From a virus: a DNA stretch of 54,712 bases. The stretch spans positions 1 to 54,712 of IMG/VR virus record IMGVR_UViG_3300045988_057894, one strand, 5' to 3'. Position numbers and translations under genes: made by a program. Positions 33,066-40,899 of the stretch are shown here, in pieces (position 1 is the first letter of the stretch; each line of letters starts with the position of its first letter). The notes below the pieces were generated by a model. The model searched no databases, was not told the origin of the DNA, and saw nothing but the letters and a program-made list of their open reading frames with translations.

Positions 33066-33634
33066 AATCAACCAGCAAAAAATCCTCTGGCTTGCTTGGA
33101 GGCTTTGATTTCCAGCCTGTTTTTTCGGAACCAGTATTAAGCCAAAGTGAGCCAAAGGAAGAAGAAGTAAGCCAAACAAAGCCGAATAATGCCGAACAAG
33201 CACTAATTAAGCCTAGTGATGCCATAGACAGCCATGCACAGCCAAGTGAAGCGGAATTAAGCAGTATTAAGCCGAAGCAAGCCAAAGACAGCAAAAGCCA
33301 GCCAAGTGATGCCGTGTTAGGCGAAGGTAAGCCGAAGAAGCTGAAACAGGCAAAGGAAACGAAACGGCTGATTGAACAGGGCAATATTCCCGGCGCACTG
33401 GCTGAAGCTGGTTTGACAAAGAAAAAAATCCCGATGCCGGAATCGCATCAGGGCGTTGCAAGCGGTGATGGCAAGCGTTCAAAGCGCATTACCATCCTTA
33501 TGAGCGAGGAGGAGCGCAAGTACATCAACCGTGAAGCCAGACGGCACGGAATGACCATCGGACAGTTCGTGTACGCTCTGGCTGCTGCTGCGGCAGATGG
33601 GAAGATTGAATTGGAGGATTTCTTAGATGAATGA
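33062..33634 (+). CDS. ParG/omega-like ribbon-helix-helix protein with a long repetitive N-terminal region
   Basis: ATGA coupling. C-terminus KRITILMSEEERKYINREARRHGMTIGQFVYALAA fits RHH. N-terminal 130 aa is low-complexity (SQ.KP / SEPK repeats). Confidence 0.6.
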   Translation: MKSTSKKSSGLLGGFDFQPVFSEPVLSQSEPKEEEVSQTKPNNAEQALIKPSDAIDSHAQPSEAELSSIKPKQAKDSKSQPSDAVLGEGKPKKLKQAKETKRLIEQGNIPGALAEAGLTKKKIPMPESHQGVASGDGKRSKRITILMSEEERKYINREARRHGMTIGQFVYALAAAAADGKIELEDFLDE

Positions 33635-34517
33635 TAGTGAACGACGCCTTATTCGATTTGTTTGCGATGGTGATATGCGAAACGCGCAAAAAGCCGTTAA
33701 AATCATTTTGGGTTCTATATCATCCAAAAAAGATGAGCGGTTCAAAGAAAATATGCTTCGCAAGTTGGAAAGCAAAAGAGAATTTATTGAATTGCCATAT
33801 AACTTACAGCATCTTTTGATCGCAGAGGATACAGAAGAATTTCCGGAAGCAAGATTCCTTCTTAGGAACGAAGAAAAAAGTATAACGCAGAAAACTGTTG
33901 CCATTTATCGAGCATCTGAAAAATTAAATGAAATGGGCATTCCTTATTTGCCAGCATTGATGCTTTATGGGCAAAGCGGATGCGGAAAAACCATGCTGGC
34001 TAGGTATATCGCTCATAAAGCAAAACTTCCGTTTTTGAGGATTCAATTTTCAAGTCTAGTTGATTCGCACTTGGGGCAAACACAGTCTAACCTTGCAAGA
34101 ATCTTTGATTATGTAAGAACTGCGCCTTGTGTACTTTGCTTTGATGAAATAGACGCGGTAGGTATGGCTCGTGGTCAAAAAGATGACGTTGGAGAAATGA
34201 ACCATGTGGTTATTGCGATTATGCAGGAAATGGATAGATTGCCGAACAATGTCATTATTATTGGAACGACAAACCGATTTGATAGGCTTGACCCTGCACT
34301 TGCAAGAAGATTTCCGTTGCAATACGAATTAAAGCCGTTGTGCCGTGCGGATGCAGAAATACTTTCCAAAAGGTTCTTTGAATATGCAGGAGCACAATAT
34401 GAAAACATAGCTTATGAAGATCACATCCCCGCATCTACTGTTATCAAAGAATGTACAGAACGAATTGTAAATCAAGTTCTGAATCAAGAGGATTTTTTTG
34501 GAGGATTGACAATATGA
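33627..34517 (+). CDS. Classical-clade AAA+ ATPase
   Basis: Walker A GQSGCGKT, Walker B VLCFDEID, sensor-1 GTTNR and LDPALARRF. GGAGGA RBS overlapping the parG-like stop. Confidence 0.85.
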   Translation: MNDSERRLIRFVCDGDMRNAQKAVKIILGSISSKKDERFKENMLRKLESKREFIELPYNLQHLLIAEDTEEFPEARFLLRNEEKSITQKTVAIYRASEKLNEMGIPYLPALMLYGQSGCGKTMLARYIAHKAKLPFLRIQFSSLVDSHLGQTQSNLARIFDYVRTAPCVLCFDEIDAVGMARGQKDDVGEMNHVVIAIMQEMDRLPNNVIIIGTTNRFDRLDPALARRFPLQYELKPLCRADAEILSKRFFEYAGAQYENIAYEDHIPASTVIKECTERIVNQVLNQEDFFGGLTI

Positions 34518-34711
34518 AAAAGTTCGTTGTTCTTTTTGAAGGATGGAACGAAAAGCACGACCATGAATGTATGTGCTATGTTATTGATGCGGATGATGAC
34601 TTTGAAAGCATTTTGAGTGTTGAAGAACAGGCAGAGAGGATGGCTCGAAACGAACATCCTCACCTGAAAAGTTTTGAGACGCTTTACATCAAAGAACTGC
34701 TTAACAGATAA
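34514..34711 (+). CDS. Hypothetical acidic protein (65 aa)
   Basis: ATGA overlap with the AAA+ gene. GGAGGA RBS. Confidence 0.55.
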   Translation: MKKFVVLFEGWNEKHDHECMCYVIDADDDFESILSVEEQAERMARNEHPHLKSFETLYIKELLNR

Positions 34712-34735
34712 AAGCTGAGATTTAAGGGTTGAACA

Positions 34736-34984
34736 ATGAAAATTGTAAATCATCGAGAGTTTGATAAAGAATATTTTGAAGCCAAAAAGAAGCTTTATGG
34801 AACGGATATTGAACTTATTCAAGACGGGGATGGAATTGATACCCCAATGAAGGTGAAAATTGCAATTCCTGGAGTGATGATGGATTTTGAGGAAGCAGCC
34901 GTGTTTGCAGAAAAAATTTCCAAAGCCGCAAATATCGCAAAAGAATTTAAGTACAATGGATATTTTCTGGATTGGAATGACTGA
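34736..34984 (+). CDS. Hypothetical protein (82 aa)
   Basis: AAGGG RBS. AT-rich codons. Confidence 0.55.
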   Translation: MKIVNHREFDKEYFEAKKKLYGTDIELIQDGDGIDTPMKVKIAIPGVMMDFEEAAVFAEKISKAANIAKEFKYNGYFLDWND

Positions 34985-35065
34985 TGTTTACTAAAACCAA
35001 TCATTTATAGGACTGCACAAGATAGAATGGAAAGATTACCGAAAGATTTCTTGGAGGATTGACGA

Positions 35066-35497
35066 ATGGGCGTAACCATCAAATGCAAAAAGACTGGGCG
35101 TGAAATGGATGTGGGATATTTCGGTTTTTTCAAGTTGAGAACGAAAGTTGCAGAACTTGTTGGTTCGGAAGTCGGAGAACACTATAAAAAACTTGATGAC
35201 ATTTTCGATATGCCATCTCCCGAAAAAGAACATGCTCTTGAATCGTACGATAACGAAACAGAACGATTGATTGAAAGCAAAATGCTTCCGATTAAAATTG
35301 CAGACTTCCTTTACCAGTCTGATTGCGATGGAAAAATCCGATATGGTGCTTGCAAGGAAATCTTAAAAGCCATAGGCGATTATGACGATAGCATTATTTA
35401 CGGATATGCAGGTAGAGAAAATCCCGCAAGGTTCAGAGACTTCAAAGAAATCCTTCAAGATTGTGTAGACAATAAGTGCTTTATGATTTGGAGATAA
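35066..35497 (+). CDS. Hypothetical protein (143 aa)
   Basis: GGAGGA RBS. Followed by a strong terminator. Confidence 0.55.
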   Translation: MGVTIKCKKTGREMDVGYFGFFKLRTKVAELVGSEVGEHYKKLDDIFDMPSPEKEHALESYDNETERLIESKMLPIKIADFLYQSDCDGKIRYGACKEILKAIGDYDDSIIYGYAGRENPARFRDFKEILQDCVDNKCFMIWR

Positions 35498-35502
35498 CAA
35501 GA

Positions 35503-35545
35503 AACCCCTGTGTAGCCGTTAAAAACTACACAGGGGTTCTTTTTT
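35503..35545. terminator. Bidirectional terminator between convergent operons
   Basis: 13-bp stem AACCCCTGTGTAG / CTACACAGGGGTT flanked by A- and T-runs. Confidence 0.75.
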
Positions 35546-36182
35546 ACTTATCAGCAATGCAATCCCAGTAGAGATACGCCTTACCGTCAACAGCGTCCGT
35601 GTCATCAAGGAACGCCTTTGCCATGTCAGCGTAGAAGCCCGGAGTGTCAACAGACTGGCGTTTTGCGACCTGACAATAATCCGAGTACATCATGTTCATC
35701 ACAGCCCAGAAATCGTTCGGGTCACAGGTGATGTTGCGCTGTTTGGCAACGTCCTGTGTCTGTTCCAACGTCCAGTGACAACCCTTCGTGCCGTCAGCAT
35801 TCACCATGCTGTCGCACCATTCCTCCGCTTCATCGTGGGTGAGGTGCTGGCGTGGCATCCTGATCGAGCGGCTGTCTGCGCCGCCACGCTCATACTGCCC
35901 AGAGTGCTTGTCCCAGTCACCGTTCTGCGAGAAGCCGATTTGCGGCATTCTGCGCCCATATTCTACGTCAGGATAACGGGGGATAGGGTAGGGGTCGATG
36001 TAGCGGTTCTCCTCTTGCGGATAGTATGGATAGCGGTCGCTGCCATCTTCCAGCTTGCGCAGACGGCGTTCCAGCTCACGCTCCCTGCGATCGCGCTCTT
36101 CCTCAAGGCGGTCACGTTCCGGCTCACGGTCTTTGTCGTGGTCGCGGAGCATCATCATGCGGCGAAAATTAGTCTTGCCCAT
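35544..36182 (-). CDS. Hypothetical protein: R/E/D-rich, Pro/Tyr-rich N-half with a globular C-half
   Basis: GAGGAGG RBS. DREPERDRLEEERDRRERELERRLRK, then YPYYPQEENRYIDPYPIPRYP. C-half has HWTLEQT...MNMMYSDY. Confidence 0.55.
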   Translation of the reverse strand: MGKTNFRRMMMLRDHDKDREPERDRLEEERDRRERELERRLRKLEDGSDRYPYYPQEENRYIDPYPIPRYPDVEYGRRMPQIGFSQNGDWDKHSGQYERGGADSRSIRMPRQHLTHDEAEEWCDSMVNADGTKGCHWTLEQTQDVAKQRNITCDPNDFWAVMNMMYSDYCQVAKRQSVDTPGFYADMAKAFLDDTDAVDGKAYLYWDCIADK

Positions 36183-36196
36183 AATCTAATACCTCC

Positions 36197-36568
36197 TCAA
36201 GAAATGGACGCAGGCGCACCGGCGTGGGAACGGCAGAAGTAGCCAAGATACTTAAACGTGCCGGTGCTGGTTGCGGACGTTGCTACACGGGTAGCGTAGC
36301 GGGTGCGGGTGTGGATGCTCTCGGCGGTTGCCTGCGCGCAGTTGCAGTCGGTCAGAGGGTATGCGGTCGTGCCTGCACCGATGGTAATAACCACAGGGGC
36401 GTTGATGGTGGTCGTGTCCGGCAAGCTCTGAGCAACAACGATACAATACTTCTCTCCGTTCTGGTATGCGCCAGCAGGGATGTTGATGGTCAGAGTATCG
36501 TCGGCAAACGTGACTGCCTGACTGATGACCAAGTGCGGGCAGAGTTTGCAGCTTGTTTTGCAAGCCAT
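36197..36568 (-). CDS. Cys-bearing beta-rich hypothetical protein (123 aa)
   Basis: AGGAGG RBS. Reads MACKTSCKLCPHLVISQAVTF...CIVVAQSLP...DCNCAQ. Confidence 0.55.
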   Translation of the reverse strand: MACKTSCKLCPHLVISQAVTFADDTLTINIPAGAYQNGEKYCIVVAQSLPDTTTINAPVVITIGAGTTAYPLTDCNCAQATAESIHTRTRYATRVATSATSTGTFKYLGYFCRSHAGAPASIS

Positions 36569-36653
36569 AGTGTTTTCCTCCTAAAAAATCAGGGGCAGAG
36601 GTGTCTTACCCCTGCCCCGATGGTTCACCCGGTGTTATCGGGGAGTGTGTAGG

Positions 36654-37526
36654 TTAGCAGCAGCCGCAGCAGTTCACGCCAACGTTAGGGTTTGCCACCT
36701 GATAAGCGGGAATCGGACGAGGATTGACCCGGTTCAGGATGGTATCGGTCTGCTGAGACATCACGGTGGTCAGAAGCGCATTCTGACGATCCTGAGAAGC
36801 GGCGAACTTCAGGCTCTGGTTCTCAGCGGTCAGAGTGGCAATCTTATCCTGCGTGAAGTAGTCCATCATGCTGCGGAAGTTGGCGTTGCAGTTGTCCATG
36901 ACGGCACGGGCGTTATCTGCGATAGCCTGACGGGTAGCGCAGTCTTCCGTTGCGATGGTATACTTCAGGTCGCCGATGAGCTGCTTGTTCTCGCAGCAGC
37001 AGGATGCCAACTGCGTGGCAAGTGCGGTCTGGCCAGCCTGCCGAGCGTTGCTTTCCTGCATGATAGCAAGGTTGATGGCGTTGTCACCGTTGGACACGCT
37101 GCGTTCCAGACCGTTCACAAGCTGTGCGTTCTGGTAGCCGAGCTGGCAGATCGCACTGTTTACGCCTGCAAAGCCATTGGCAATGTTGGCATTGATGCCA
37201 TTGATCTGTGCCAGCTGGTCATAGCCCAGAGAGCAGATACCGCTCTGGATGCCAGCCAGAGAGCGAGAGGTGTCCTGCTGGTAGAAGCCCTCCGACAAAG
37301 CCGCACGAGTATCTGCGCCGCCCTGACCGGTTGCGCCAGTGCCGACCAGATAGGGGATGTAGCTGTTCATGCCGTTGTCGCCGCCGTTCCGACCGTAGCC
37401 GTTTGTACCCCAGCCGAAGATGATGGCGAGGATGATAACCGCCCACAGACCTTCGTTGCCGAAGAAACCGCCGTTGTTATTACCGCCGTCCTGCCCAGCC
37501 AGATAGCCAGTTGCAAAATCGTCCAT
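36654..37526 (-). CDS. Gly-rich, single-TM, coiled-coil protein ending CCGCC
   Basis: AAAGGAG RBS. GGNNNGGFFGNEGLWAVIILAIIFGWGTNGYGRNGG, repeated N/Q/Cys heptad-like segments, a CCC cluster and a terminal VNCCGCC. Confidence 0.6.
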   Translation of the reverse strand: MDDFATGYLAGQDGGNNNGGFFGNEGLWAVIILAIIFGWGTNGYGRNGGDNGMNSYIPYLVGTGATGQGGADTRAALSEGFYQQDTSRSLAGIQSGICSLGYDQLAQINGINANIANGFAGVNSAICQLGYQNAQLVNGLERSVSNGDNAINLAIMQESNARQAGQTALATQLASCCCENKQLIGDLKYTIATEDCATRQAIADNARAVMDNCNANFRSMMDYFTQDKIATLTAENQSLKFAASQDRQNALLTTVMSQQTDTILNRVNPRPIPAYQVANPNVGVNCCGCC

Positions 37527-37648
37527 AACAAAACTCCTTTCAGTTTTGCGTTATGCTATCCCACCGCCGTATGCGATGGGCGAAGCCAAACAAAAGCGGT
37601 TTTTATCAAGTCCGCAAAACTGAGAAGCGTTTCGCTTAGAGGGATGCT

Positions 37649-37900
37649 TTACCGAGGCAGCGTCAGGTTCAGGACGCTTGCAAGCTGGTTCAGGTCGATG
37701 CCCCGCTCTTTGGCGAGGTTCTGCGCCATCGTCCTGAGCTGCGTTTCGTTTTTGCCCTGAATCAGGTTCAAGCCCTGCATGATAGGGGCGTTTTGCCCGC
37801 TCAACTGCTGGATAAGCCCCATCGGGTTCTGCCCGGCACGAGCCAGATTTGCAAGCTGCATGATGGGGCTGTGCGTAATCATGTCAAACGGAGAGGGCAT
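37649..37900 (-). CDS. Small Q/N/L-rich hypothetical protein (83 aa)
   Basis: AAAGGAG RBS at the internal ATG. Internal repeat PIMQLANL / PIMQGLNL. Confidence 0.5.
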   Translation of the reverse strand: MPSPFDMITHSPIMQLANLARAGQNPMGLIQQLSGQNAPIMQGLNLIQGKNETQLRTMAQNLAKERGIDLNQLASVLNLTLPR

Positions 37901-37902
37901 TG

Positions 37903-38421
37903 TTATTCTCCTTTCTTCGCTGTGGCAGTGGGCTTGGAAAAGCTCTTTTGCCACTTTTCCAGTTCATCCAGCCTGTGGACGAGGGCGTTATACTCTTCAA
38001 TAGGCACATACTGCTGTGTCGGTGCAGCGGTCTGCTGTGCCTGTTGCGCCTGTATCTGCCGCCATGCTTCCGGGCTGTAAAACTCCTGCACATAGGATTC
38101 ACAGGTGTCTGGATTCAGCCGCTTGCAGTAGATCACGCCGCTGCGCAAGTCTGGGCAGTAGGTCGGTCTGCCGTACAGATCAGACGGTATCGCCAAAAAC
38201 TCCTCCCTGCTGGAAACAGGCCTGCCCAGCAGCCAACCGCCGTCCTGTACCGACTGCTGAACAGGCTGTTGCCCATTCATCGGCTGCGGACGCTGCGGCT
38301 GTACCTGCTGCATCTGCGTGTTTGGCAGGGGAGTGGCAAGCCCTACCGTGCCCATGCCGCCGTAAGGATTGACAGGCTGCTGCGGAACGTAGGGCGCTCC
38401 GGGTGTTGGATAATAGCTCAT
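37903..38421 (-). CDS. Protein with a Q/P-rich N-terminal region (172 aa)
   Basis: AGGAGGG RBS. First 60 aa are about half Pro/Gln (YYPTPGAPYVPQQPVNPY...QPQRPQPMNGQQPVQQ). Confidence 0.55.
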   Translation of the reverse strand: MSYYPTPGAPYVPQQPVNPYGGMGTVGLATPLPNTQMQQVQPQRPQPMNGQQPVQQSVQDGGWLLGRPVSSREEFLAIPSDLYGRPTYCPDLRSGVIYCKRLNPDTCESYVQEFYSPEAWRQIQAQQAQQTAAPTQQYVPIEEYNALVHRLDELEKWQKSFSKPTATAKKGE

Positions 38422-38505
38422 AATACATCCCTCCTATTGCGCCAAGTATACCGCACCGGCAAAAAGCGAAGGACAACGAACGCACAACGAAGGACAAATA
38501 TAAAC

Positions 38506-38576
38506 TGATACAACTGATACAAAATGAAAAAAAAATAAGGCAAAGTCTGGAGACTATGCTTGTATCACTTGTATCA
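38506..38576. promoter_or_regulatory. Inverted pair of tandem TGATACAA sites in a divergent promoter region
   Basis: TGATACAAcTGATACAA (38506-22) and TTGTATCAcTTGTATCA (38560-76). The second abuts an extended -10, TGgTATAAT, of the plus-strand regulator gene. Confidence 0.55.
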
Positions 38577-38622
38577 GTTTTGTGGTATAATCAGTACAGT
38601 AAAAAAAATGGAGGAAACAAAT

Positions 38623-39120
38623 ATGGAAAACACAACTATCCGCAACCTTGGCAAGCTGTATCGCTTGCTGGACGAAGCCTGCACCCCTGACCATGCAAAT
38701 CAGGCAGACCTCAGCAACGCCACGCGGTTTCCTGTGCGCGGCGTGATGATGAAAATCACGCTGGCGCACAAGCTCCGCAGGATGACCCCGGAGCTTGACA
38801 ACGCTTGCTCTTACGTCCTGAAGGATGTAGACCTTGAGGACGTGGATAACAGCTTTGCGCTCAAGGCGTTGTCGATGCAGCAGCAGGGACTGTTCGTGAT
38901 TGGGTATAACTCGCCCGATTATAAAACTCTCGGCGTGTCCGCTGTCAAAATTAAGGCCGCTCGGGAAAATGCCGGTCTGACCATTCGGGCGCTGTCGGAA
39001 AAGACCGGGTTGTCCACCGCGACCATCCAACACGCAGAAGCCGGAAAGCCTACCCGAATGGCCACGCTCAAGAAAATTGCTGAGGCGTGTGGCGTGTCTC
39101 CGGAAGATTTACAAGGGTAA
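38623..39120 (+). CDS. Regulator with a C-terminal XRE-type HTH and an unknown ~110-aa N-terminal domain
   Basis: GGAGGA RBS. LTIRALSEKTGLSTATIQHAEAGKPTRMATLKKIAEACG. Confidence 0.65.
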   Translation: MENTTIRNLGKLYRLLDEACTPDHANQADLSNATRFPVRGVMMKITLAHKLRRMTPELDNACSYVLKDVDLEDVDNSFALKALSMQQQGLFVIGYNSPDYKTLGVSAVKIKAARENAGLTIRALSEKTGLSTATIQHAEAGKPTRMATLKKIAEACGVSPEDLQG

Positions 39121-39465
39121 TAAAAAAGCGCCCACACAGAAAAATCCGCATGAGCGCTTAAAGATATAAATATACTTATATAAAATGATGCAAAATAGAA
39201 AGTTTGAACGTTTTACTTGCAAAAAATCAAGAGCGGAACCGCCCATAGGCAATGCCGCTCTCTACAAAGGCCGTAGCATTTCAATCTGGGACTCCTAAGT
39301 GCATAGGAATGTAAAACGGGATGAACCGCTTCCAACTATGGAAGTGTTTAGGATATCGCCTAACAAGATACCAATCGCCAAAAAGGTGGAAGGTTGTATA
39401 GTATTTTGCGATTCTTGCCACTCGTTCTTCTTTTGTATTGCACATAAGCATCACCATATAAAATC

Positions 39466-39625
39466 GTCTCCCGCATAGTACGCACTGTAAGTAGGCGGGC
39501 GGGAGACTGTATCATCTTAAAAGACCCGCCATGATACGCATCGTTGAGAGGCTTAGCGGGTTCAGATATCCACCCTAATGCGCTTCTTCGAGAGGCCGGG
39601 TGGATTTGTTAAGATAATTATACCA
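39466..39625 (-). ncRNA. Candidate small RNA(s): three tandem GC-rich hairpins behind an extended -10 element
   Basis: Stems at 39568-605 (8 bp), 39523-62 (7 bp, followed by TTTT on the minus strand) and 39466-507 (9 bp). TGgTATAAT at 39625-17 (minus). Two loops share GCCTCTC. Confidence 0.3.
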
Positions 39626-39631
39626 TAATTC

Positions 39632-39672
39632 GTGCAAAAAGAAAAGCGGCAGACCCGAAAGCCTGCCGCTTC
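39632..39672 (-). terminator. Rho-independent terminator of the late/lysis operon
   Basis: Minus strand AGCGGCAG gctttcgggt CTGCCGCT followed by TTTTCTTTTT. Confidence 0.65.
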
Positions 39673-39714
39673 AATGCGTTTCACAAGAAAACGCACCCAA
39701 TTAAAAGTATAGTA

Positions 39715-40183
39715 TCACACATCCAGCATTTTTTCAATGCTTTTCAGCCGATAGCTTACCGCCGTCCGGCTGTAATGCGTCTGTGCTGCAATGTCCGGCA
39801 GCGGGAGCCGCTCCACATACCGCAGTAAGGCTATCTTACGGTCTACCCTCCCAAGCGGTGCGTTTTTGATGGCGGCGGTCATCTGCTGTCGGTCAAGTCC
39901 TTGCAGCGCAGTGGGCAGCACTACACGAGCCGCCGCCACAAGCAGCACCGAGCCAGAAGGGTTGCGGCAGCTGTCCGGCGTTACGCACCATATTGCCAAT
40001 GACGGCAAAATGGTGACGTTTTGTCACCAGTTTCGTGACCTCACGAAATTGTTCTTGTGCGGCGAACATCTTGCCAATAGCAGCTAAATAGCTGTAAAAA
40101 ACACTGTTATTGTCAAAATGGGAGATGACACCAACTAAAAACGGCATTTTTAGCTGGTGTTGCTCGTATGTAGTGCTTGCCAT
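39715..40183 (-). CDS. Two overlapping ORFs that together resemble one small sigma/ArpU-like late regulator
   Basis: ORF 40183-39893 supplies a plausible N-half. ORF 40008-39715 ends in a region-4-like HTH (IALLRYVERLPLPDIAAQTHYSRTAVSYRLKSIEKML). The ORFs overlap by 116 nt in different frames. Confidence 0.4.
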
Positions 40184-40193
40184 GATATCCTCC

Positions 40194-40526
40194 TTACTTC
40201 CCGATCGCGGGCTTTTTCTCCGACAATGCCTTCTTCATCATGCTGACAGCCTTTTCGATCACGCTGTCCAGCACTTCATCGGTGATAAAGGGCTTCAGCC
40301 AGTCCGGCAGTGCGCCGCGCAGCGCGGCAAAAACCTGCGCCTTTTTCTTTGCGCCCTGACCGCTGCCCATGATGCTGTTTTCTGCCAGGGTCACCAGCTC
40401 CAAGGCCCACTGCTTGACGTACTGCTTATAGCCTAGGCGGATGGCGCCCACTGCCAGCGCGGCGAAGCCAACGACCATCAGCACCAGTGCGATGGGTGCG
40501 GGGATAAAGTTAAAGATTGCTTCCAT
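40194..40526 (-). CDS. Holin (LL-H-like)
   Basis: AAAGGAG RBS. N-terminal TM (IPAPIALVLMVVGFAALAVGAI) followed by a charged helical tail. Downstream of the endolysin. Confidence 0.55.
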   Translation of the reverse strand: MEAIFNFIPAPIALVLMVVGFAALAVGAIRLGYKQYVKQWALELVTLAENSIMGSGQGAKKKAQVFAALRGALPDWLKPFITDEVLDSVIEKAVSMMKKALSEKKPAIGK

Positions 40527-40899
40527 GATTTGTTACTCCTTTCAGCAGGTAGTTGTTGATATCGGATTTACTTTTTTGCATACCTTCGCGGTTGTTGCCG
40601 GAAAGTTGTGCATCCAGAAGATTCTGCACCCCAACAAGGACGAGACGCATTTCTTCATCAATGCCGTCAAAGCGGCGCAGGTCTCTTGCAAGGGCCTGTG
40701 TGTGTTGAAGCTGCCCCTGTTCCAGCACACCAAGTCTTTTGTCGAACGCATCCATTCGCTTGTTCTGCGCGTTGTCCGGCTCCTGCGCCTTTTTGATGTA
40801 CTTGTGGATAATTTCCAACACCTTGTCGATGGTGATGGCCGCAGCGCACAGGCTGCCCAGGATGCCCAGCACCCACAGCAAAGCTTCTTTTTCGGTCAT
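40510..40899 (-). CDS. N-terminally TM-anchored coiled-coil protein (lysis accessory / holin-like)
   Basis: GGGAGGG RBS. LLWVLGILGSLCAAAITI TM. Located between the endolysin and the holin. Confidence 0.45.
   Translation of the reverse strand: MTEKEALLWVLGILGSLCAAAITIDKVLEIIHKYIKKAQEPDNAQNKRMDAFDKRLGVLEQGQLQHTQALARDLRRFDGIDEEMRLVLVGVQNLLDAQLSGNNREGMQKSKSDINNYLLKGVTNHGSNL

Noticed and set aside
36645-37760. 371-aa plus-strand ORF
   Set aside because: It is antisense to the 36654-37526 gene, which has a good AAAGGAG RBS. The plus-strand product is Ala/Val/Arg/Leu-rich shadow sequence typical of the reverse frame of a GC-rich gene, and it has no RBS.
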